A program made the translations under genes and the position numbers. A DNA stretch of 54,330 nucleotides, the filler included, from Jimgerdemannia flammicorona (taxonomy: Eukaryota), in assembly GCA_003990765.1 (NCBI GenBank). It is 3 parts of 3 records of this genome, joined end to end, with 100 filler letters (N's around TTAATTAATTAA, not from the genome) between each part and the next. Parts side by side here need not be neighbours in the genome. Positions count along the whole stretch, not along the records: positions 36,291 to 54,330 come from RBNJ01002322.1; 2 more parts are not named here. One strand, written 5' to 3'. The notes beneath the pieces are model-generated. The model was not told where the DNA came from. It searched no databases and was given only the letters and a program-made list of their open reading frames with translations. Below are positions 36,291 through 47,008 of this stretch, piece after piece (position 1 is the stretch's first letter; each line of letters starts with the position of its first letter).

Positions 36291-37615
36291 TGACTTTATT
36301 TCAGAGGAAATAAGAGAGGTATTTATACAAAATATAATTCAATGGTTGCTAAGATATAAAGCTAAATATAAATTCCAATAACTAAAACTACTGAGTTCCA
36401 GGGCTGGCATTATTTAGTACCACATCAAATACCGGTGCTGGAACAATTTCGCGTCACTTCAGAATACCAGTGCTGGTATTATCCAGTGTTATATGAGAAT
36501 ACCGGTGCTGGCATTATCCAGTGTAACAAAGAACTTTTTAGAGCAGAAAGTTCAGGATCATGGGAGCTTCATCATCATCATCACTGAAGGAGATGAGATC
36601 CGCGAACTCTTCATGCAGGTCGCGCATTTCGCGTACTTCGTCACGCGGTTCGCGTGCTTCGGGTATGTCGCGTGGGATGACATCATTGCCGATGACGTCA
36701 TCACGTTCGGTGGGGAAATCGGGGACAAGATCTGGAGCTCTCCAGTCTATGAGGTTTTCTTCCACAAAGTAAGGGACAAATGTGGGGTCCTGGGGAGGTC
36801 TGACCTGGATGCTTGGGCCTTGGAATACTGAGATCAACCCTTGCAGGAACTGGTCTGGGTTGTCCTGAAGGATAGGGTGCCAGAAGTCTTCTACTTCTTC
36901 ACTGTTGAGGGTGATAGTGGACCGGGCTTCTGTAGCCACCCTGGCTTCTAGTGCATTGATGCGGTAAGATGACAGGTCTCTGAAATCTGAGACTCTAACA
37001 TACTCCAGGTTGGGAATCGACCATGGTGCATGCCTGAAGATCTGATGGATCTTCTTAGCTGTCCTCGTTTCACATATATCCATGGGAGTGGTATCTTGTA
37101 GCTCTTGGGTGCTGGTCTGTGGGAACTCCCGGTAGAGGAGGTTTCCTATTTCGTACTCCTACCACATTTGGAGGCATTCGGTGGCGATGGTGATCCTTGT
37201 TTCCATTTCACAGCAGTAGAGGATGAAGTGATAGGGGTCTGCAATACCCAGGTGAACACTAGGAGTCCTTCTTGAGTGGGTCTCCATGGCTCTTCTGATG
37301 TCTTGAAACATCCTTTCCTCGACCGAGATACCTTGATGATTCCTTGACCTTGAGGTTTGGTGGGCAGTAGGCATTTTGTTCGTGGTAAGTCTTTGAGCTA
37401 TTTTGGGATTGGGGTTCTTGTTGGTTGCTGCTACTGCGGTTCCTTGATCCTTCTTTTATATTCTTCAGGATGCTTGTGCTGTGGTCACAATGACTCACAG
37501 TTGGTCATCATTGCTCATCTCGCATGCCATATGATCTTCTTGTACTCTGATCTGGTGGCTTGTAAAGAAAGGCTGTCTCCTGTGCTGATGTCATCATTCT
37601 GGGGTCACCGTTACA
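36291..37615 (-). mobile_element. Putative LTR (element D) with an ORF-containing U3, cut by the gap
   Basis: Begins TGTAAC at 37615 on the minus strand. Short tandem repeats at 36400-36525, TATAAATA at ~36320-36327 and AATAAA at 36295-36300 give the same layout as the copy A LTR. Confidence 0.55.
36538..37374 (-). pseudogene. 278-codon ORF with one internal TAG; apparent homologue of the A/B accessory ORF
   Basis: ORFs 37159-37374 and 36538-37083 are in frame and separated only by TAG 37161-37159 and 25 sense codons. AACAAAATG start context; acidic C-terminus. Confidence 0.65.
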
Positions 37616-37749
37616 ATATATAATACACACATATATACACACATACACACGTAAACACACAAATACACATGTCAACAGATCAGTCTTCAATAGTTCACAG
37701 TACCAATGATGCTTCAAGTCAAACATCCCTAATAGTTCCACACCTTCCA

Positions 37750-39513
37750 TATAATCCTCACTCCAAAATCTGGCAACATTGTGCTAAGATATGAGATGAT
37801 GTTGTTTGTAATTATTGCAGATAAAAAATTAAGATGCACCTATTGACTTGTTTGACACACACATGATATTGTTTCATCCACCCCCATAAACTGCACCAGC
37901 CAGAAGTTCAAAATGCTTAGTGGTATGATCTTGAACATGAATCGATACATAAAAGACAAGCACTCTGACAAAATCAAAAAGAATACAGAGACAAATAAAA
38001 TCAACATCTAAGCTGTAGTGGGTATATTTATCCAATTGCCCAACTATTTCTATACCAACAATACTGTTTAATCAAAAATATTTAGCCATACTCTTGGCAG
38101 AATTTCAAAATCAGCTCATTCACTGGATTGTATGCACAGACCAGCCATTCACAACCATTGAGAGTGATCAATTGCATAGTATCTTTGGCCTCCTCAAGCA
38201 TGATTAGTGCTCCCAATAAATCGAATCAAATCAAATTTGGCCCAAACTTGATTTGATTTGATCAAATCAAGGGTCCAATTCGATTTGATTCAAATCGAAT
38301 CAAAGATCCAATTTGATTCGAAGTTCGATTCGAACCTTAATTTTCAAAATGTAATAACTCGACGAAAAATCATCTAAATTTAACATACTTTAGCTTATTA
38401 GATTCACCGTATTAATGTGATTCTAACAAGCTAAAGCTAAAGTACGTTAGATTTGGATGAGTTTATGCTGAGTTATTGCATTTTGAAAATTAGGGTTTGA
38501 ATCAGACCCTCAATTCGATTCAACTTTTGATTTGATTTGAATTGATTTGAATTGATTCGACTCATTTGGGAGCACTAAGCATGATTTATATTTGCCAAGT
38601 GCCGATACTATTTGCAAAGATGTTCTGGAGGCCTATAGAAAGGAGCATGACAATCTCTACTGAACACTTCAGGTAAAATAAGGGCAGCATCATGACCTTT
38701 GCAAGCTGAATTATATAAAAGAGCTCACCAATTTAACCTTACATTCAATAAGTAAAATTCAGCAGGCAAAATTTCATTTATGATCGACATATAGACATCC
38801 CCCAATGCAATTTCATTTCTGGGCATTACCAGTCATTGGATTGACCTCGATTGGCAGCTTAAATCTCTCACCCTTGACTTTGTCAAACTTGCTAGCTCTC
38901 ATTCTGGAGACAACATTGCAGATGCTTTTATTAGTTGTATCTGGGAGCTTGGGATCACAACCAAGGTAAAAAAAGGGGAGCTTACCATTAGGTCGGTATT
39001 TTGAGGGAGGTCCTTAAATAAAACAGATTTTGTTGGTTATTTATTTTCGCATAATTCGCCAACCAAATATTTCAAGTACAGATTTTGGCCATTACAATGG
39101 ACAATGCCACAAACAATTCAATATTTTTCCAAGTTTTAGCAGCCAGCCTCAAATAGGAAAATGTGACCTTTAGTGCAGAAAGCTGCCATGTGTGATGTCA
39201 GGCCCACATACTGAACCTTGCTGTTCAGGACTATCTTATGCACATAGACAAAACATCTGAGAGAGGAGGGGCCCTGGGTATAATTTTCAAACTACACAAA
39301 CTGATTGTGTCAGTCCAATCATCCCCACAATGATGAGACAAATTCGCTGTATAGTGTAGGGCAATCAGTTTAGCCCCGAAAGAGCTTATATTGGACATCT
39401 GTATACATTGGAACTCAACATTTGCAATGATCCAGCATGCACTGGAGTTTGCTGTGGTATGTATTCTTTTTTTCTTCAGTTGGCTGAAGCAACTGTTTTG
39501 GATAATAGAAGAT

Positions 39514-39544
<31 letters not shown>

Positions 39545-40610
39545 CCAATAGATTCAATAATGGCTACTGATAAGGAAATATGGACCGAGGCTCTAGGTGA
39601 AAGTGAGTGGGACATACTTAGGAATTTTGTCAGAGTTTTGGAAGTAAGTGGTGATTACTCTGACTCTATACTCATTTTGTCTACCTCTGCATAATGTAAT
39701 ACCTCATCACATATAACTACCAGTGTTTTGACAATTGTACAAAGGATATAGTCAAACAAATGACTCCAACAATAAGCTCTGCAATACTAGTATACAACCT
39801 TCTGATTGACCAGCTAGAGGACAAGCTCAAGGATAGGCTAGAGGGTTGCAGTGATTTACGGTTAAGCCCAGATCAGAGAGATACTGTGGAGGTTGCTTTA
39901 AGCAAGCTTAGAAAATACTACTCCCAAACAGATACCGCCATATACTCAATCAGTACAGGTATATTGATGTCAGCATGTGGCCATTGCCTCTTCCAAAACA
40001 GAGAAAACCCCACAAAAACTCACTCTCCTTTTCTTCAAACAGTGCTAGACCTATGCTTAAAGCTACAATATCATAAAGATCAGGGCTGGGAGCAGTACTT
40101 CATTGAGAGAACCAAGCAGGCCATAATCAAAGTGTACTGAAAAAACTACACACTGCCACAAGATTCCAGCCAAAGTCTGGATGAATATACTGAGGGATCC
40201 CTTCTGTCCCACATTTACTTCAGCAGAAAGAGGAAGAGGGAGCCATCAGTGAAAGAGCTGTTGTCAATAGATGAACTTACCATTTACCTTGCTAGCAACT
40301 ATATGGTTCTGCTGGAGGGTGTAGAGGTGCTCAACTAGTAGAAGGTGGGTTGTCAGGCAGGCATTAGGCCAATTTAACTCACCAATATAACCACTGCTCT
40401 ATCTACCAGGGCATGCAGCTGCATCAAATGGACTTCTCCAGCCTATATAGTATGGCTTGGGACTACCTGGCAATTCCTGCCTCCAGCACTCCCATTGAGT
40501 GGGTGTTCTCAGATGGAGTAGACCTCGTTGTCCCAAAGAGGTATGTGCTGAATACTGAGACAATCTGGACATGTATATGTCTGAAGTCTTGGTGGGGCTC
40601 GGGCTGCTAA
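37750..40610 (+). mobile_element. hAT (Ac-like) transposase gene, intron-containing, degenerate
   Basis: BED-finger-like SKIWQHC...VVCNYC; ISFMIDI*TSPNAISFLGITSHWID; HSGDNIA; ITMDNATNN; CQAHILNLAVQ; LDICIHWNSTFAMI; dimerisation domain MAWDYLAIPASSTPIEWVFS. Confidence 0.9.
38205..38577. mobile_element. hAT-type MITE inserted in the hAT transposase gene
   Basis: TIRs TAGTGCTCCCAA and TTGGGAGCACTA, perfect 8-bp TSD AGCATGAT (38197-38204 and 38578-38585), subterminal (T)CGAAT/ATTCGA-type pentamer arrays. Confidence 0.93.
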
Positions 40611-40749
40611 AATTCAGTAGGTCTGTAGATAAGTTGATTGGCCTTGTGGAATATTTAATACCTTTCAAAATAATAAAAAAGAAAAAAAAAACCTAAGAAC
40701 TCGGCCCAGAGTTTGCGGTCTAAGTGGAGTGGGGTTGGTGGTAGAGAGA

Positions 40750-41240
40750 GCACACAATATTTGTGGCCCTCAGTCAGCAGCAAGGGGCAGCCCCAAGCTG
40801 CTGGTGCCTTGGTCGGTGGGCAGGTCAGTGGGTCGGTGGGCAGGTCAGTGGGTTGATGGGTGGGTTGGTGGGTTGGTGGGCGGGTTGGTGGGTCAGTAGA
40901 GGGAGTGTGCAAAATTTGTGGCCCTCCGCTGGCAGCAAGGGGCAGCCCCAAGCCACAAGTGTCTGGGTCAGAGGGGTAGGTAGAGAGAGCATGCAAAATT
41001 TGCAGCCCTCTGCCAGCAGCAAGGGGCAGCCCTAAGCTGTCAGCACCCAGGTCAGTGGGCAGGGTTGGTTGGCAGGCATGGGGTCGGTGGAGGGAGCATG
41101 CAAAATTTGTGGCCCTCCACTAGTAACAAGGGGCAGCCCTAAGCCACAAGTGTCCAGGATGGGTGGGGCAGATGGAGAGAGTACACAAAATTTGTGGCTC
41201 TCCACTAGTGGCATAGGGACAGCCCTAAGCTGCCATGGAG
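40750..41240 (+). repeat. Array of five ~45-bp units downstream of the hAT transposase, probably subterminal repeats
   Basis: AAATTTGTGGCCCTC..CTGGCAGCAAGGGGCAGCCC.AAGC-like units near 40757, 40911, 40995, 41102 and 41188, separated by GGTGG-rich spacers. Confidence 0.8.
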
Positions 41241-42789
41241 TCCAGGACAGAGGGTGCTTCTGGTAGTCCAAGGGTACTTCTGGCAGTCAGAGGGTGTTTC
41301 TGGCAGTCGAAGTCACTGGTTTGGGTCCCATGGACACCCCGGCCCTGTGCTGCAGTGCTGCACTGGTGGCACTATAGAGCAGAGCTGAGGGGCCAGTAGG
41401 GCCCTGTATAATGGCTAAGCTAGTGCTGTATAATAGGCACCTGACCCAATCCCTCATATAAGACTGCCCAACCTATACAAAATAGCTGCCTAACCCTCAC
41501 AAAAGATTGCCTAACCCTTGTAAAAGATTGCTTAACCCTCACAAAAACTGCTCCACTCACCGGTCCCAGGCCTTGATGAGCCTATTATCTGTTGTGAGTG
41601 TGACAACTGTTATATCCGAGCTCTCCTCGAAGGCAATGGTACCATGGTGGTCATGTGGTTGGAATAGGACAGCTATGTTGGCCGCAAATGGGACCCTGAA
41701 ACCATAGGTGAGGTCATACTAGACTCTGCCACTATTCTCCCAGGTTGGGCTCTTTCTTTCCAGGATGTAAAACATTACTGGGGTGACATTGTTGTCTGTG
41801 TATATGGGCAGAGAAAGGTTGCACACAACATATTCTAATATGATGCAAGCATATGGTTGGATGAACCCTTGGCCCAGGACCTCATACTGCCAGGCTATGC
41901 TGGTGGATGCCTGCCCTTGGTCCAGCCCCAGGAGCCCTGGCTTGGAAACCTGCCGAAATGGATAGCAATCAGTCAGTTCTTTTTGTGTGTGGGAGAGCAG
42001 AAACTCCCCAGACTACAGTACCCTGAAAAGCACTCCTCACCTCATACAGCATGCTAAATTGCGCCAAGAATATATATACAGCCATGCCGAGATCACCACT
42101 AAGCTGGCCTACCATACACTCTACCAATCTACTCAAAGAACCCCAGATCATAGCTGCCATCACCACACAGGCCATGTTGTGCTTGCATATAGTTTACTCT
42201 TCAATAGCACTTCTAAAGTTCTGGTAGGGGTATAGAATCTTGTGCATCCCTGGAATTATATCAAAAAGAGTATGTTGGCGAAGAGTGTGATTTATCTGGG
42301 GAGAGGTTAAAAAAAAAGGAAGACGAGTGCAGGGGATTTCAGAACTCTGGAACCCACCCTTCACTAGTGTTGCAGTATACCCAATTCCTGTCCAAACCCC
42401 CTCTCCTTACTTTTTTCACCCCCTCTTTCCTGCCACCCAGTATTTGATGCAATCCTCACAAATCTCATTAATGTGGTGGTAAAGCTCATCACTGTAGAGA
42501 TTCCTTATCATCATCACAACCACCTCTCTACATTTGTTAATAAATATATAGTTCTCTTTATCATTGGTTACTCCTGCTGGCCAATGGACCCCTTGGTCGA
42601 GTATGATTGGCTCTAATTCAAATGTAGACCCCCAAGCCTTGATGACAATGCTGGTACTGCTTATGCTGAACATCTTGCTCTCAAATTTCTCTATTTGATC
42701 AGATGCCAGACATGGTTAAACTCAGGTAACTTTGAACTCTCCTTTCCAATGAAACTGAGCCTTAATCTGAGGGACTGAGATAAGTATGT

Positions 42790-42940
42790 GGACAGGTTGC
42801 ATGCAGATGGGTTGCATGTAGATAGATTGCATGTGGGCAGGTTGCATGTAAGTGGGTTGCATGTGGGCAGGTTATAGGCAGGTTGCATGCAGACAAGTTG
42901 CATGCAGGCAGGTTATGTATGAATGGGTTGCATGCGGGTG
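42790..42940 (+). repeat. ~15-bp tandem repeat with GGTTGCATG core
   Basis: About 9 imperfect units read directly. Confidence 0.8.
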
Positions 42941-43829
42941 TGGGTGTTTTTTAGGGGGAGACCATATAAAAATGAAATTAAATAAAACACAGAGATGGGT
43001 ATTTCAGAAAAAGAGTGTAAGTGAGTGAGTGAGTGAGCTGTATGCCGACAAGTTACATGCTGATGAGTTGTATGAGTTAGACAAGATTGCTCATGAAGGC
43101 TTACTTCTGTTCCTTTTGAGACCTCCATTATGCAATGCATTGACTCAACAGCTCAGCCACCAAAGGCATGCCCTGCAACATCCACCAGCCTTTCTTCATC
43201 TTGACCAAATGTTGCAAATAAAGTTAGCAGATCTCACCATAGAGCTGTAGACTCTAAGAAAAGCATGAGGTGAATTGGGTCATGCTGGGGAAGTTTAAAT
43301 AAATATAAGTAAACAAGTGGTGGCCAAGTGAGCAACCTACATCTACTATTGGCTGCTCCAAAAAGGCTACCACATATATAGCTGTGAGGTCTGTGAATTC
43401 TGAGATCCGAAGGGCCATCATGAGTTATTGCCAGAATTCTCCCTCATCCCTTCCATTGCCATTGCCATCACCACCACCACCACCATCACCCCTTTGGCTC
43501 TCAATAAGCAGCTTGTGTGCTGTCTATATAAGAAAGAATCTAATATTATCAGCAGAGAGTGCATTTCCACCTTGAATACTCCCTCTTTTGATAATTATTA
43601 CAGGGTGAAAAATGAGTAGACTGGACCAATGTATGAATTAAGGGCTGCTATTTTGTTTACTTGTGATGTAGCAGGAAAGAACAAAGAAAAAGAACAAAGA
43701 AAAAGAACAAAGAAAAGAACAAAAGAAGAGAGGGAGCAAAAGGAAAGGTGATATCACCAAAGTGTAATAGGAAAAAAAAAACAAGAGCAAAATGAACAAA
43801 AGAAAGAGTGATGTCACCAAAGATTTCAA

Positions 43830-44021
43830 TCTGGATGAACTAATCCAGATGGACCAATCCGGATGGACCAATCTGGATGGATCAATCCAGATGGATTAAT
43901 CCAGATTAATCCAGATCAATCTAGATCAGATCACAAGATCAATCTGAGTTGATTTGAATCCATTACATGATGAATCTGAATTGAATCTCATCCAGATCAA
44001 CTCCATTTGTTCAGAGCACTA
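43830..44021. mobile_element. Terminus of a hAT-like element
   Basis: Subterminal repeats (CCAGATGGACCAAT, GATC, TGAATC) end in GAGCACTA at 44021, the same terminal 8 nt as the MITE TIR, and abut Gypsy pol sequence abruptly. Confidence 0.55.
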
Positions 44022-45218
44022 TCCCTATCTCTACTACCCTCAAGCTACTCCAGCACTTTCTGGGTATTACTGATTACTACTGAAGGTTTATCCAAGAATA
44101 CTCTGCCATTGTAGTCCCACTGACCAGCTTGGCCCACAAAGGAGTAAACATCAAAACTGAATAGATCCCCAAATATACCCAGACTATGGACCATCTCAAG
44201 AGACTCCTTACTGAGGCCCCAGTACTAATTACACCTAATTCTACTAGGCTATTCACTCTGACTACAGATGTCTCTGATATTGTCATTGGGGCAGTACTCA
44301 GCCAAGAAGATTGCCCAGTAGTCTACCTTTCTCAAAAGCTCAAGCCAGCTGAGATCCAGTATACTACTCATGAGAAGAAACTTCTGGCCATTGTTACTGC
44401 ACTCCAAGAATAGCACTATTTCCTCCTAGAACAACTATTTGTAGCCTATACTGATCACCATACTCTATAGTATATTCACACACAGCCTATGCTGACTCAC
44501 AGACAAGCTCACTGGATGGAAATCATTGCCAACTTTATTATAGAAATCAAGTATATCCCAGACAAAACCAACCATGTGGCTGATGGTTTCTCTAGATATA
44601 TAGAAGATGAACTTGTCTTCATGGTTGAGATAATTCGAGATCTTACCCAAATAATCAAGGATGGCTACCAGCAAGACAGCCCCCTGGCAAATTTCCTTCA
44701 ATTCTACTGAGACCCAGAGGCCAAGGTCCCAGAACCCATGAGGCAAATGTCCAAGAGATTCACTTATCATGATGGACTTATCTACAGAGACTATAACAGA
44801 GTAGTTGTACTCAACAATGATACTCTGCAGCTTAAGATTATGCAGGAACTCCATGATACTCCTACAGCAGGACACTTTGGTTTCAAAAAGACCTACAATC
44901 TCCTCTCAAGAAAGTTTTACTAGCCAAGGATAACTAAAGACATCAAAGACTTTGTGGTCTCATACAAGATATGCCAAAGGTTCAAGAGTAGTAACAAGCT
45001 ACCAGCAGAACTTCTGCAACCTCTGCCTATTCTAAGTCATAACTGAGATCAGATTGTAATGGACTTTATTGTTCAGCTCTCCAAGACCAAAGTAGGATGA
45101 GATACTATTGTGGTATTTGTAGACCACCTAAGCAAATAAGCCCATTTTGCACCCACTAAGACCACTGCTACAGCTCCAGAGATTGCCAAGATTTTTCTCA
45201 ACTAAGTATTCAGGCTAT
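44022..45218 (+). mobile_element. Tf2/chromovirus-like Ty3/Gypsy pol fragment (RT end, RNase H, integrase), element C
   Basis: FLGITDYY*RFI, FTLTTDVSDIVIGAVLSQ, YTTHEKKLLAIV, TDHHTL, NHVADGFSR, HDTPTAGHFGFKKT, IVMDFIVQL, VVFVDHLSK. Interrupted at 45219 by the LTR of copy B. Confidence 0.9.
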
Positions 45219-46452
45219 TGTAATGTGCCTGGCTCAATGGAGGCAAATTACAAGGTTGGAGGTTGATGTAGTTTGGCTTGAGCCCCCAGTTACTTTGTTA
45301 AAAAGTAACAAAATGTTCTAAGATTCCTAAGGTCCTTGGTGTTTAGTAGTATAATAGTCAAAGCTGGGTATCAGCAAGTGATTTGTATGTTGATTTCCTA
45401 ATTAGGATGGTTCTAGATGTAGCAGTAATTTGTATGAATGGGTTTTCTTCTTGGGTCAACTGGGAATACTACAATTTGTGTAGCAAGGCAATTTCCAAAA
45501 GTATACAATTTCTGGGTAATGGCTTTGATGTGACAATCACTGTATAGTATGATGATCTTGGTACAATGATCTCTGTATAGTGCAGTGGGTTCCTTATATG
45601 GATATTCTGATAATTTGGCAGATAACTCAATTTGGCTCACTGGAAATTGTATGACATGGATTCTTCTGTAATGGGTTCACTGGGAACAATAAATAACTTG
45701 GATGTTGCAGGTTCAGCTTTGACTGGAAATATTACTCAGATGGCACAGATCTTTCTGAGAATGTGGATAACTTGAAAATGGCGGATGATATGGATTCTTC
45801 TGAATCGGCAGGCTTCTGGAAAATAGCTTGGATTCTTGGCAAGTTATGTCTAGACTGGCTTCATTTGTATGAATGGATCACTGTGAAGTTGCATCAAGAG
45901 ACTGACTTGTGGTAAGGAAGGTGGGCTCTCTGGGAATATAGCAGAAAGAGTGAAAATCTTCAGGCTTATCTGGCAAGTGAACCAATAATGTGGCTTATTC
46001 CTTAAGTGGCAGGTTTCTCAAAAGGCAGCAAAGTTCTTCCTTGAACTTGGTAGTAAATCTTCAAGCTTTGTATTAGAAAGTGGACCAGAGTGGGAATAAG
46101 GGGACCGATGCTTAATCTTTAGAGGCTTCTTTGGTTTGCACTTCAATTCAGACTGAGGTTTATTCACTCTTATCTCTGGGGTAATTTATACAAGTTGGTT
46201 GCTATCTGGTTGCTATGTGGCTAACTATAGGTTTGCTATCTATGGCAAGTTGTACAGGTCTAGCACAAGTGTGCAGGTCCAGCACAGGTATGCAGGTCCT
46301 GCACAGATATATCTTATCTGGTAGTCTGGCTATTTATACAGTTTCTGCAACAATGATTGCTGGTTACTATGCTGTGTATTCACATCATCTGGCTAATTGT
46401 TTGTGTCATCTGGCTAAGGTATAATTCAGGTAGTACATCCTGGTTTGTCACA
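45219..46452 (-). repeat. 3' LTR of copy B (~1.23 kb)
   Basis: On the minus strand it starts TGTGACAAACC at 46452 and ends CATTACA at 45219; aligns to 27666-29083. Confidence 0.9.
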
Positions 46453-46492
46453 TCAGCCTCCACTAAAGGATGGTCTATCCTCAGACTATCCT

Positions 46493-47008
46493 TTAGTCAT
46501 CATTCTAGTGTGGGTAAGTATCTTCTGCATCAATACCTGTTCCATCATCTTTATCATCTGTATCATGGTCACTCCATTCCAAGGGTTCTTCTTCTTCTTC
46601 TGGGAATAAGATTTCAACAGCATTGACAATGCTCAAGTAGATGGCTAGGTTCATTCCTCATGTATCATACCAGGAGAATTGTACTTGTATCAGAGCTGCA
46701 GGGTTTTGCTTGTAAAGTGTGTAGAGCCTGTCAGCAGCAGTAACATCTCTCCTTGATAGTCCTGTGGTATTTCTGATATATGTTTGTTCTGGGACTGGGA
46801 GGTTCTGCAATTGTTCCCCAATTACATAATAGGCCTGAAGTAGATGGACCTGTAGCAATCATCTGGCCAGGACAAGATTCTCTTGATGAATCTGGATCTT
46901 CTAGAGAGTGTTCCCATTGACTTCTCGAAATTGGGGTAGGGGGACTGGCAGTGATTGAAATGAGCTGAGAATAAGAGTCCGAAGGCAGTTGTCAACTCTC
47001 TGATTCAT
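46493..47008 (-). pseudogene. Accessory ORF of copy B
   Basis: MNQRVDNCLRTLILSS...AYYVIGEQLQNLPVPEQTYIRNTTGLSRRDVTAADRLYTLYKQNP...EILFPEEEEEPLEWSDHDTDDKDD, with scattered stops. Confidence 0.7.

Noticed and set aside
41437..41456. Candidate right TIR of the hAT transposase element (…GACCCAATCCCT)
   Set aside because: No matching left TIR or TSD is visible; the left end is probably lost at LTR D or the gap.
41560..41960. Possible Tc1/mariner transposase remnant (DES..., FQD, SPRSPGL)
   Set aside because: Motifs too degraded and out of frame, and no TIRs found.
45331..45380. tRNA-like sequence GTTTAGTRGTATAAT in the LTRs
   Set aside because: No complete cloverleaf or adjacent T-arm; treated as a primer-interaction motif, not a tRNA gene.
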